64,000 nt of DNA from assembly GCF_006345805.1 (NCBI RefSeq), contig NC_043003.1, positions 84,072,001 through 84,136,000 of the forward strand, written 5' to 3'. The stretch comes from Octopus sinensis. Taxonomy: Eukaryota. Below the pieces are notes generated by a model. That model saw only the letters and a program-made list of their open reading frames with translations. It made no database searches and was not told the DNA's origin. The position numbers and the translations under genes are program-made. Of the stretch, positions 1-12,745 are shown piece after piece (position 1 is the first letter of the stretch; every line of letters begins with the position of its first letter).

Positions 1-216
1 TTAGAAACGAGACGCTGTGTGAGTGGGGGGCTTAGCAAGCATTGATGGTTGAGTGCCGGATAGGTAGTGGTTGTTTAGAGGGTAGTAGAGGTTTTGTGCT
101 TGTTCAAATGGCGGGTGGGGGCCCTTCTACAGCGATAGTGATAGAAATAAATGCAGCTCTCGAAAAAACAGAAAGTTGTAGCTATTTTCTCTTTCTTTCT
201 CTCTCTCTCGCCCTTC

Positions 217-251
<35 letters not shown>

Positions 252-439
252 TTGTCTATTTCTCCCCTGTCTCAGAAAATTCACAAGAACTAACGTCACA
301 GTAATAAAGTAACAGTGCCTGATTTTAAGTGTGGTACAACCATCCCGGTTGATCACTTGTTAGCTTGTCATATATGGTGACGGCGGTACGGTTGGGAGAC
401 GGGTGTGAAACTCACTCCCACCTCTTTCTCGTTCTTCTC

Positions 440-930
440 TTTCAGCAACCAACAACAACAACAACTACTACTACTACTATCTCACCACAGCTACCGCAAC
501 AATGATCACTGGCAACTAGCACAGCTCTAATTCTCACCACCGCAAACAACAACTACCACCAGTAGTTCTGCTATTATCTTCAATTACCACCACAACCACC
601 ACCACCACAACTTGGTCACAACTCAAAACTAGCACTCCTATTAACACCAATATACATCCCCCATCACCGCCGCCGCCGCCGCCATCACCACCACCAGAAA
701 CAACATCCTCTACCACTATACCAGTCATTATCACAACAACCAACCAATATCATCTTTACCAAATGTACCAATTTCCAACCCCCAACTCCACCGCCACTAC
801 CGCCACACCTATCATCGTTACGCTACGTCTGTTATTAATTTCCACTACCAAAAGAACTATACTTTCGAAATCTGTTCTACCACCAAAGTACATGGTACCA
901 TCGTCTGCATGTCTGCTTTTGTTGTTGTTG
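440..930. repeat. Cryptic trinucleotide field (CAC/CAA/TAC, then TTG)
   Basis: Imperfect triplet repeats, directly visible. Confidence 0.85.
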
Positions 931-1146
931 TTGCTGCTGATATTGTTGGTATTATATAACTCCATGTCAAACATGATCCGGCGGATCTACAATGAAAGCT
1001 GTTCCAACCGTGACCATTTCTCCACACACACACACACACACAAAGGTTATTACCAGTTTATATATGCTTGGTGCAATAGCTATCTTTCGGGTTCGAATCT
1101 GGTAATAACCTGTAATCATACACATTGTTGGCTTAGCTCTGCCACC

Positions 1147-1283
1147 CACGAGCGTAGCTAGAGTGTATACCGCCCGGTGCGGGCCTTCCCCACTGATCCC
1201 ACGAAAAGCACATATTGCCTACAGCAGACCCAAAAGTGCCGCCCGGGTCGAAAAGCCCCTCCCTCCCCCTAGCTACGCTAGTG
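1147..1283. mobile_element. hAT-like MITE (137 bp)
   Basis: Terminal inverted repeats cacgagcgtagctag (1147-1161) and ctagctacgctagtg (1269-1283) match 14/15. The 8-bp flanks ctgccacc/ttaccacc match 6/8, as for a decayed hAT TSD. Confidence 0.6.
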
Positions 1284-1646
1284 TTACCACCCCGTAACAC
1301 ATACAAGCATACATACATACATACATACATACATACATACATACATACATACATTACATTACATTACATTACATTACATTACATTTCTCGCTCCTTCTCT
1401 CTAATTTGTCCTCTTGATCCACTCTCAAGCCATCTGGCCGTACTTCCTTCGTCCCACTCTCTTACTATCTTCCCCCACTCTCTTACCCTCTATCCATTCC
1501 AGACCCTCACCCCCGCTTCTTTCTGCTTATTTTCCTCTCTTTATCTGTTTTACATATTGGTAGTATGTACGTACGCTGGCATGGATGTGTTTGTGCAGGG
1601 AACCTACCTCTAGATGTACGGATGCAGGTATGAATTGGTGTACTTA

Positions 1647-1677
<31 letters not shown>

Positions 1678-2158
1678 GTGTGTGTGTGTGTGCGTGTAGA
1701 TACTTATGTTTCTATTTATGTACATACGTATTGGCATAAAAATGTTTGTATGCGTATATGTACGTGTATATGTGCTTTCGTATATTTACTTAATCTTATA
1801 AAAACAAATGTTGCTCTAAATCCAGCCTCTGCTTATCAACTAAATTCAAACTACGTCCGTAATCATTAAACAGCTCTATTTCCAACATTTCCTCAGTGGT
1901 TCAGAAAATATCGGGAGACCTATGCTTCACTGAAAAGGTCTGAGTTACACCAAAATATGTCTTGAGTTGTCTCCCATACCCACCAAAAGCTATGGGAAAT
2001 AACTCATTAATTTATATAGTTTTATTTTTTCCCCCCTAACTGTATAACGATTCCTAGATAGGTTTTGAATAATCTCACTCATTGTCTCATCGGTGCTTCT
2101 TCAGTGTGCGGTCTACTGCAGTATCTGTAGTCTACACTGTGAAATGACCTGATATGGA

Positions 2159-2588
2159 TTAGGGTTTAGGGTTAAGGTTAGGTTAGGGTTTAGGGTTTAG
2201 GGTTAAGTTTGAAGATAGGGTAGGGTTTAGGATGATTGGGGTTAGGGTTAGGGTTAGGGTTATAGCATAAAAAGGCGGCGAGCTGGCAGAAACGTTAGCA
2301 CGCCGGGCGAAATGCTTAGCAGTATTTCGTCTGCGTTACGTTGTGAGTTCAAATTCCGCCGAGGTCGACTTTGCCTTTCATCCTTTCGGGGTCGATAAAT
2401 TAAGTACCAGTTACGCACTGGGTTCGATGTAATCGACTTAATACCTATGTCTGTCCTTGTTTTTCCCCTCTGTGTTTAGCCCCTTGTGGGTAATAAAGAA
2501 ATAGGTTAGGGTTATAGCATATAGCATTTAGAGTTTAAGATTAGGTTTAGGGTTTAGGTTCAGATTTAGGGTTTACAGTTAAGGTTAG
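2159..2588 (+). repeat. Degenerate interstitial telomere-like (TTAGGG/TTTAGGG) tract, split by a SINE
   Basis: Repeated ttaggg/tttaggg/ttaagg units at 2159-2263 and 2504-2588. Confidence 0.75.
2270..2503 (+). mobile_element. tRNA-derived SINE, family A (tail A1), full length
   Basis: A-box-like ggcgagctggcagaa and B-box-like gagttcaaattcc. 18-bp TSD ggttagggttatagcata at 2252-2269 and 2504-2521. Confidence 0.92.
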
Positions 2589-2908
2589 ACTGCACGCTAA
2601 TGTGTAAATGAACAGATAAACCGCAAGCAAAAGTGGAACCGTCTCATCAACCACTCTAGCAAGCTGCATATACTCCCTGCCCATAAAACACCTGACACAT
2701 GGTCTTCTTAACACCACCGTCACTTTATTTAACTTTGTAGACCCTGCACTTAGCACTTCGCTCGATTCGTACATCCTAAGAGTACAATTATCTGGAAACC
2801 CCGAAAAGTTTTAACCGCGAAGATTGACCAGTCTGGAGAGTAGGAAAAGGACAACCACAGACTCTGAGTACTGGCACTTCTTTTCCTCCAACTACCGTTA
2901 TTTATATA

Positions 2909-3285
2909 CACTACCGTCAGAAATTAATTAGCACCCTTGATTTGCTCTTCACTCAAGGTATGTGCTGTCACCTAGTGGCCATATCTCGAACTATTGCTTT
3001 GTTGCGAGTTCACTGTTGCGCAGAACGATGACGTAACTTTGTTTGCAGAGCAGTTTGAGAGTCTACAGCCTTATGATGTTGACATAGCAGTGCAACAACT
3101 TGGAGTGCGGATGCAGACAAATCTTCCTTTGTTTAATAGATATAGGTAGCGCCTCGCAAGGACCGAAATCACACCATACTAAGTTTTCTCATCGCGTAAG
3201 ACGTTTTGAACAGCTCATAGGTTAATTGATTTAACCTATTTAATGTAGAAATTTGAGAAGTGCTAATTAATTTCTGACGTAAGTG
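2909..3285. mobile_element. Tc1/mariner-like MITE (377 bp)
   Basis: 26-bp TIRs cactaccgtcagaaattaattagcac and gtgctaattaatttctgacgtaagtg (24/26), flanked by TA at 2907-2908 and 3286-3287. Confidence 0.85.
2963..2981 (-). promoter_or_regulatory. CTCF-like motif inside the Tc1-like MITE
   Basis: Minus strand reads TGGCCACTAGGTGACAGCA; the core matches CCASYAGRKGGCRS at 13/14. Motif match only. Confidence 0.4.
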
Positions 3286-3454
3286 TATTTATGTATTTAT
3301 ATTCCTGAATATGACCTTAAGTTACATCTAGTAGTGAGAGTTCCATGGTTTTGAGGAGAATGTAACCACCTCTTATCCACTATTGGTCCCAGGTCTACTC
3401 TGACCCGGAGTAATAGCACCTGTCAGGTGCTACTATTGCGATGGGTTAAATACC

Positions 3455-3688
3455 TATTTCTTTACTACCCACAAGGGGCTAAACACAGAGGCGGCGAACA
3501 AGGACAGACAAAAGGATTAAGTCGATTATATCGACCCCAGTGCGTAACTGGTACTTAATTTATTGACTCCGGAAGGATGAAAGGCAAAATCGACCTCGGC
3601 GGAATTTGAACTCAGAACGTAACGGCAGACGAAATACCGCTCAGCATTTCGCCCGGCGTGCTAACGATTCTGCCAGCTCGCCGCCCTA
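3455..3688 (-). mobile_element. SINE family A (tail A1), full length
   Basis: Reverse complement of 2270-2503 at roughly 90% identity by eye. 15-bp TSD gatgggttaaatacc at 3440-3454 and 3689-3703. Confidence 0.92.
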
Positions 3689-3874
3689 GATGGGTTAAAT
3701 ACCATGCATGTAACCACTCGATGCAAAGTATGTTGAAATCATGAGATACAGCATGGTGGATGTGAACTGTTTCGGAAGATGAACTTATTAAGTCAATGGT
3801 GAATATTACAAGACGCTGTGCGGATGTAAAGACAACAAACTATCAACAGCCAGGATCAACCACAGCAGTTAGCG

Positions 3875-3995
3875 TGGAGGCGCAATGGCCTAGTGGTTAG
3901 GGCAGCAGACTCGTGGTCGTATGAACGCGGTTTCGATTCCCAGACCGGGCATTGTGACTGTTTATTGAGCATAAACACCTAAGCTCCACGAGGCC
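3875..3995 (+). mobile_element. SINE family D, 5' half
   Basis: ggaggcgcaatggcctagtggttagggcagcagactcg...ggtttcgattcccagacc; same head as 25676 and 11380. Confidence 0.8.
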
Positions 3996-4320
3996 AGGCA
4001 ATCATGTTTCGTCAATTGAGTAGGAGGACATCATGTGCGGAAAGTTGCACTGGTCTGGGTAAGTCGTCCTTCAAGATTGTTTCATTTATATTGCTATTTG
4101 TGAATAGTGGTGTCCTTGGTTGCAGATTTACAACGGAAACATTACATTGTTGGGTAAATCTGTATTGAATGACGTTATCGTTCAATGCATTTCAAAGGAG
4201 CAGGGATGACTCGGTGCAGAACAAATATATCTTGAGACCGTGTTCGAAAAGCAGCAGTTTATATTTCGGTTTTCTTTAAATGCGTCTTCAATATATATCG
4301 ACAAAAGATGTGCATGCACG

Positions 4321-4351
<31 letters not shown>

Positions 4352-4524
4352 CTACGCGCGCGCACGACTGGCTTTCACAAAATTTTCCGTCTACCAAATT
4401 CCACTCATAAGATATTTGTTAATCCGTATCTCAGATATATAAAAGGAGACTCTTGCTTAAGCTACCGTTCGGCAAGGTCGAGTCACACAATTCGACACTG
4501 CCTGCCTGCCTCACCCCACACTTT

Positions 4525-4558
<34 letters not shown>

Positions 4559-4774
4559 CGCTCACTCTCTTTCTCTGTCTTCCTTGGATTCTTAACTCTC
4601 ACTCACGCTCATTCTAAACTACTTTCTCATCTTCTACAGTTCTCGGCCTGCCTGTCTCTAGATGCTGCAATCACCCTATTTCCTCGTCTGTCTGAACGAA
4701 ACCAAACCAAATTTGATACTTGAAACTAATCTCACCCTGTTTCGTGAAAAGACTGTGGGACACTGATGGAAGAA

Positions 4775-5450
4775 AATTGGTGATGGTGATGGTGGTAATG
4801 GTGATGGCGGTGGTTGCAGTGCCACTGATGTTGCTTAACACCTGATTACGCAAACTTGACATTCCAGTCGTGACGATCACGTATCTTTTTTCAAATGTAT
4901 AGGGAACCCAGGACCGTATTTTCTGACATGTTGATGTCTTAAGAGAATTGGTTTGCATGTATGGGAATGTGGTTGCTATTTCTAGCATGCTAAGTGTAGC
5001 ATGCTAAGTAAAGACCCTCTCGTTGGTTTGATGGTGGTGGTGGTGGTGGAGGTAGTGGTGGCGGTGACGGAAAGTAATGCTTTTAATGATGATGGTGACG
5101 GTGGTGTTAATAACTAAACTACACGGCTACGATTAGACAGTGTAGAGAGCGTGGGAGATTTATCTAACAGGTCATTATATGATCTTTCAAACACCAGCCG
5201 TCCTCACCACCACCACCACCACTACCACCACCATCATTACCATCAGCAGCAGCAGAAGCAACAGCAGCAACCACCACCACCACCACCACTGTCATTACAA
5301 CTGTTACCACCACCGCTGTCATCATCATCATCATCATCATCATCACTACAGCCACCTCCCATCTTCTTCACTGCTCTCACCTACTCACCCAAATTTCCTT
5401 CCTTACAGACATACTACCAACATCACCATTACCAGCACCACCAGCACCAG

Positions 5451-5485
<35 letters not shown>

Positions 5486-5612
5486 TCAATAACTACAACA
5501 ACATGCCATCGCTGTAATTACATCATCATCGCTGTCGACATCGACATCGACATCATCATCATCATCATCATCAACTACAACAGCAACAACAACATGCCAT
5601 TTCTGCTACTGC

Positions 5613-5644
<32 letters not shown>

Positions 5645-6360
5645 CAATAGCAACAGCAACAGTTGCAAGAACACAGTTGTCATCTCTGTGGCGTGTCGAG
5701 GCATCGAAACCGTTTGCTAACTCCGCTACTTAACCACTTACTTTGTACTTCAACCGCGATTAGCATCACGAGGCGTGATGCTAATCATCACAGCCACCAC
5801 ATACACCACCACCACCACCACCACCACCATTATCACTACTACCATTACCACCAATGCCAGTACCATTACTATCACCGCCGTCGACATCAGTACCACCACC
5901 ACCACCACCACAACCAACATCATCATCATCATAACAATTATCATGATCACTACCACTGTCACCTTTAACATAAACCGATTATTGCAACCACCACCACCAC
6001 CACCATCACTGCAACCTTAACTACCACTGCCACTGCAACAATAATCACCACCAACTGCTATCTCAACCATAACCACCACCACCACCACCACCACCACACC
6101 ACCACCACCACCACCATCACTGCAACCTTAACTACCACTGCCACCGCAATAATAATCACCACCAACTGCTATCTCAACCATAACCACCACCACCACCATC
6201 ACTGCAACCTTAACTACCACTACCACCACAACAATAATCACCACCATTGCTACCACAACCATAACCACCACCACCACTGCTACCACCACCACCACCACCA
6301 CGATAATCATCACTACCCCCCACCACAGCACAAGTACCATCACCAACATCACCATCGTTG
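4775..6360. repeat. Large trinucleotide field: GGT/GAT-rich (4775-5110) then CAC/CAT/CAG-rich (5200-6360)
   Basis: Directly visible; accounts for the poly-His/Thr/Val ORFs. Confidence 0.9.
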
Positions 6361-6709
6361 GTAGCACCAACCAATAAGTCACTTGTCGCTCGCAGGACGT
6401 TCGCTAAAACACATTAGGAGTGGAAATAGTGTTGGATGCGCTACTTTTGTGTTATGAAGCAGGGTGGGGGGAGGGCAGAGAGCTGAGATTTATAATGAAG
6501 GCAGAGGTTACGCGGCGAGACACACAATTACAAAGGTTAAAAAACAAAACAGTGCACTGGGTCGGAGGGGATAGGGAGTTTGGGGGATGTGTAAATGTGT
6601 GGTTGGAAGCTTTCAAGGGAGGAAACTATTAATAGAAGGTCCTGTTCGAGTGTAATGATGCTTATGTGAGTGTTGCGTGTGTGTTTGTAGGTGTGGGTAT
6701 TTGTGTAAG

Positions 6710-6735
6710 TCAGTCTATCTATCTATCTATCTATA

Positions 6736-6774
<39 letters not shown>

Positions 6775-6875
6775 TATCCATCCATCTATCTATCTATCTA
6801 TCTATTATCCATCTATCTATTATCCATCCATCTATCTATCTATCTATCTATCTATTATCCATCTATCTATTATCC

Positions 6876-6958
<83 letters not shown>

Positions 6959-7048
6959 CCTCCATCTCTCTCTCTCTCTATCTATTGTCTATCCATCTAT
7001 TATCTATCCATCCCTCCCCCCTCCTTCCCTCCCTCCCTCATTCCCTAC

Positions 7049-7096
<48 letters not shown>

Positions 7097-7230
7097 ATTG
7101 TCTATCAATCTATTATCCACCCACCCTCCCTCCATCCCTCCCTACATCCATCCACCCATCCATCCATCCATCCATCCATCTATTTATCTATCTATCTATC
7201 TATCCATCTCTTTCTCTCTCTCTTTCTCTC
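6710..7230. repeat. (TCTA)n/(TCCA)n/(CT)n compound microsatellite
   Basis: Directly visible. Confidence 0.95.
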
Positions 7231-7343
7231 TCTCTATCTATCTATCTAATGATCACGGTGGCTAGACGCAATTTAAAACCGAAAAGGAAAAATTCAACCG
7301 TTACTAAAACTAAGGGTGTAGGGTAGCACCAACATTGCTAGAA

Positions 7344-7374
<31 letters not shown>

Positions 7375-7471
7375 CACACACACATATAAATATACATATA
7401 CATGTGTGTACTGATACCCGTATACAATGTTCAGTGGGTGTGTGTGGATATTCATATACAAACGTTCTTAC

Positions 7472-7499
7472 CTCCAGCCCGGCACACAACCAGTACTTG
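7472..7499 (-). CDS. Candidate 28-nt microexon of an unidentified minus-strand gene
   Basis: tgtttatattttaag|CAAGTACTGGTTGTGTGCCGGGCTGGAG|gtaaga. Open in all three phases (phase 0 reads QVLVVCRAG). Splice signals only. Confidence 0.25.
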
Positions 7500-7639
7500 C
7501 TTAAAATATAAACATTACATTAACCCATTCAAAATATCCATTCCTGTATCGCCTTTATTTATATTGTTTCTCTCTTACAAACACACACACACACACAAAC
7601 ACAGACGCGCGTGCGCGTGTTGCGTGAATGTGTACGCAT

Positions 7640-8830
<1,191 letters not shown>

Positions 8831-9394
8831 AGAATGTGAGAGAGAGAGGGAGAGGGGGAAGGAGAAGGTGTGTGTGTGTGTAGGGGTGTATTTGTGTACG
8901 TAAACGTCATGGTTATAAAATCGGGGAAAAGACAGAGTATGATGTGGGGGCGGAGAGATGTTGGGAGGAAACACACAAGGGTTTCACTGTCTGTGCCAGT
9001 TGATGTAGAGATCCTGTAGTTGGTGGGTTAATACGTGGCTCACAAAAGAGGGCAGCACAGCTGTAGCAATACAAACAGGGACAAGAACAAGATATAGCAC
9101 AGAACAAAATTCCCTTTATACACAAACATACAAATATATATATACACATCAATGACATGCCCAGCGATGACAACCCAGTTTTTTTTTTCTTTCCTTATTT
9201 TCAGACAGAACGGCGTGATTTTGAGGAAGATTTAGCTGTTATTTCTAGCACGTACAACAGCATGGGCAACCTCGTAGAAGCGCTCGCGTTGATTCTTCGC
9301 CGTTTGTATCTCATATAACTCGTGTGGAATGCAACTTCGCAGCAAAATTTAAGGCAAAGTTCTTGCTCCATATGCACCGATTATTATTTTTATT

Positions 9395-9740
9395 ATCTTT
9401 CAGTTGTTCCAGTCATTGACCTGCGGCCATGCTGCAGCACCACCTTGAAGGGTTTAGTCGAATAAATCTATTTCCCAGCACTTAAGTTTTTTAAAAAAGT
9501 CTGGTGCTTATTCTATGGGTCTCTTTTTGCCCTCTTGTTATATATATTGGTCTCAAATTTTGGCACAAAACTAGGAATTTCAGGGGATGGGGGTGGAGGT
9601 AAGGCGATTACATCGAACCCAGTGCTCAACTGATATTTAATTTATCCATCACGAAAGGATGAAAGGTAAAGTCGACCTGGGCGAAATTTGAACTCACAAC
9701 GTAAAGCATTTTGCTAAGCATTTTGCCATTCACCGCCTTT
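9395..9740 (-). mobile_element. Degraded SINE C tail (9395-9532) plus degraded SINE A (9548-9740)
   Basis: gcggccatgctgcagcaccacc and ttattctatgggtctctttttgcc (C); gaaaggatgaaaggtaaagtcgacc...atttgaactc (A). Confidence 0.75.
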
Positions 9741-9959
9741 CTCGTTGCATGTATTACATTCACACACCATTGAGCTGTACGTCGTGTACTTCTTTCTCCA
9801 GAACGTTGGTTTTTTGTAGTCCTGTATTGCGCCCGTCTTTTATGCAACCGTCGATTTGCACCAGCAGAGGAAGATCTTTGGTGTGTTGTCTGTTGTATAC
9901 ATCTTATAGTATAATGTATTTTACATTATTACTACAGTGGGTTTTTCTCAGGGCTGGTT

Positions 9960-10260
9960 TTCAGCCAATTAAACAGATTTGTTCATATTGAACCCTGCGC
10001 CTCTCAAGAGAGGGCTCCGTGCACACGCTGGAGCGGAGGACGCTATGATGGATTTTTAGTATATCACTGTGGCCAATGGTGGAGCCGTCAACGCTTATTG
10101 GCTGGGACCGGTGCACTACAAGAAGCATAAAACATCAACCTTCAGTGTTTGTAGAGTAGAGGGTCTTACCTACAATTCTCCGAGTCCCGCACTTCCTAGC
10201 GCCGGCCCTGCTTCTTCTGATCCTCGGAGTCTCCTGTCACTTCCATGTAAGAATACCCGT
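9960..10260. promoter_or_regulatory. Promoter-like CpG-containing island
   Basis: CCAAT at 9965 and 10073, ATTGG at 10097, ETS-like ACTTCC at 10191 and 10239, in sequence not matching any repeat I could recognise. Confidence 0.3.
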
Positions 10261-11004
10261 TTCATTCGTATTTCTCATCCTTGCTCTATAGCCCTCGCTC
10301 ACAGCACTAACTATCACACCTAGTGCTTCCAGCCGAAAATGTCAATCGTCTGGAACAGCGTCCTCACCTCGTCGTCACCTTATGTCTTACCTGTTTCCGT
10401 CAAGCTGAAGTTATTTATTCAAGAACATTAATTAACAGTTTCGATAATCAATGACCTCGGAGATTCTGCGAATTCTGTGGAACCGTCTGTAGAATGATGG
10501 TGATAATGATGATGGTGGCGTGGTAATGGTGATGAGAATGGTGATGATAATAGTTGTGATGACTAGTAGTGGTGGTAATGAAGATGGTGGTGGTGATGAT
10601 GGTAGTGATGGTGATGATGATGATGGTACAGTAATTGGCGTTCAACCCTAGGTGGACTCTGACTGAGCAAAAGTATCATCAATGCCACATCAACCGTGAC
10701 CACCCACTTAGTTTCTATATCTAACACTACACTGGCCAGTGTATTTATCATATTTTTAAGACGATAGGGTCCATGCCATCTTCAGACATAGGTACACTGG
10801 ACAGTTGCCCGCGGGCCTCATGGGTCTAAGTGGATCACTTACAATCTTTGTATGTTGTGGCTTGTTGTCAATAAATAAACAGTATACGTCTCAATGCATG
10901 GATTTTTCCGGGGGCTCTATAATACTGCTTAGACAGCGCTGGGGTAGAGTATAATTCAAGAAGGTTTGGCTGTTATTTCTAGTAGACCTAGCGACCACGT
11001 AGAG

Positions 11005-11333
11005 CAGGCCTGGCCAACTCGAATTACATTGCGGGTCACTTTAATCACAGAAAGTTTTTTGAGGGCCGCTTGTATACTTTATGTACTAATAGTCAAATAA
11101 TCAAATCACATAATCAAGAATTTTTCATACTTTTCGTTTGTTTAAAATGATAAAATTGTAGGTTATTGCTTTATTGCCTCTTATAAAATTTTAATTCATT
11201 TTGAAACAAATGTTTTACACAAACAATTTTATTTTGAGATGAAACACAATACTTCAATAAAGTATCAAGCGGGCCACATGATAAAAGTCTGCGGGCTGTG
11301 TGCGGGCCGCGGGCCTTAGGTTGGCCAGCCCTG
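11005..11333. mobile_element. hAT MITE (329 bp)
   Basis: TIRs caggcctggccaac and gttggccagccctg (13/14). 8-bp TSD acgtagag/acgtaaag (7/8). Confidence 0.88.
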
Positions 11334-11379
11334 ACGTAAAGGCTTATTTGCGTTATTGTTATTGTTTAGCCCGGTCATT

Positions 11380-11674
11380 GTTTTTTGTTTGTTTCTTCTC
11401 GAGCCATGCCTGGCTCATAAGGGCCGGTTTCCCGGTTTCCTTGGCGTATAGGTTCCCCACCTGGACGGGACGCCGGTCCGTCGCAGGTGAGCTGACAGAT
11501 GCGGGAGGAAAGAGTGAGAGAAAGTTGTGGCGAAAGAGTCAGCAGAAGTTCTGCCGGAGCCGCGTGGAACTTAGGTGTTTCGCACACAAACACACACATC
11601 GCCCGGTCTGAGATTCGAACCCGCGATTCCTCGACTGTGAGTCCGCTGTTCTAACCACTAGGCCATGTGCCTCC
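11380..11674 (-). mobile_element. SINE family D, full length
   Basis: Head is the reverse complement of ggaggcacatggcctagtggttagaacagcggactc; tail shared with family B. Direct repeat ccggtcatt at 11371-11379 and 11673-11681. Confidence 0.85.
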
Positions 11675-12254
11675 GGTCATTCCTTCGAGAGCAGAAAAAT
11701 CAACAAAGGCCATGCCAACCATAACCAGCTCACCTTTTCTTCTAAAGGACCTTTTTATAAGACCGTAAGACATGATTTGAGGAATATCAAAGCATCTTAT
11801 AAGACTTTAAGATGTTATTTAAAGGAAGTCATGTAGTTATTATGGCGGCGGCGGTGTCAGTGGTGGTGGTGGTGGTGATGGTGGAAATGTTGCTACCATA
11901 AGGAAATTGATAGTCACGAAGGTGGATACTTAGTAACTTAAAATCCCTAGCAACCAGACTGGAAGTAGGTGGAATGGTGTGGATTCTAGTGAACTTGGCT
12001 ACAGACTTCATCTTGGCACCAGAAACAACATTTTTGGCAATTTTCAGAAACGCAACACTTCACACACATGCATATTTTACATATAAGAGTTTATATGTGT
12101 ATTTGAAATCGTGTGTGTGTATAAACGTCCGTAGAACACACACAATACGCCACAGAAACACATTTACCCACACACACACACACACACGTACATACGCATA
12201 GTAGGAAAAACACCCCCATCGCACTAGGCGGTTGCCCGTAGTGGGGTGTTTACC

Positions 12255-12268
12255 TTGTGTGTGTGTGG

Positions 12269-12321
<53 letters not shown>

Positions 12322-12344
12322 ATATATATATGTATATATATATG

Positions 12345-12376
<32 letters not shown>

Positions 12377-12412
12377 TATATGTATATATATGTATGTATG
12401 TATATGTATGTA

Positions 12413-12452
<40 letters not shown>

Positions 12453-12536
12453 ATGTATGTATGTATATATATATAGTATATATATATATAATATATATAT
12501 ATATATAGTATATATATATATATATATATATATATA
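12255..12536. repeat. (TA)n/(TATG)n array
   Basis: Directly visible. Confidence 0.95.
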
Positions 12537-12708
12537 CGAGAGAGTGGACAAACGAAAGAAGGGCACTTAACCACACACACACACACACATATATTTATTT
12601 ATTATAAACATCTGTACGAAAATATGTATGCATATAAGCATATATGCACACACGGTGGGGGTCTTTGTGAGATAGTCATTCAAATGTAGACCTATCTTTC
12701 ACTCTCTC

Positions 12709-12745
<37 letters not shown>

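Larger units (their letters stand above)
3335..4070. repeat. Unclassified old dispersed repeat, copy 1 (interrupted by two SINEs)
   Basis: Colinear with 35860-36305 (tcccaggtctactctga..., gtggatgtgaactgtttcgg.agatgaacttatt.agtcaatggt, aggatcaacc). Confidence 0.7.

Noticed and set aside
2159-2588. True telomere or chromosome end
   Set aside because: The tract is short, degenerate and internal, with unique and repeat DNA on both sides.
3875-3950. tRNA-like sequences (also 11600-11674, 25676-25745, 37080-37150, 60298-60365)
   Set aside because: They are SINE heads, continuing into core and tail modules, often with TSDs, and I could not build a full cloverleaf.
5151-5492. Poly-His/Gln/Pro ORF resembling a transcription-factor low-complexity region
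   Set aside because: It lies in a trinucleotide field that is open in several frames, with no DNA-binding domain or splice context.
9205-9318. Strong plus acceptor followed by the frame TERRDFEEDLAVISST...
   Set aside because: The segment is a copy of dispersed repeat module I; at most it is exonisation.
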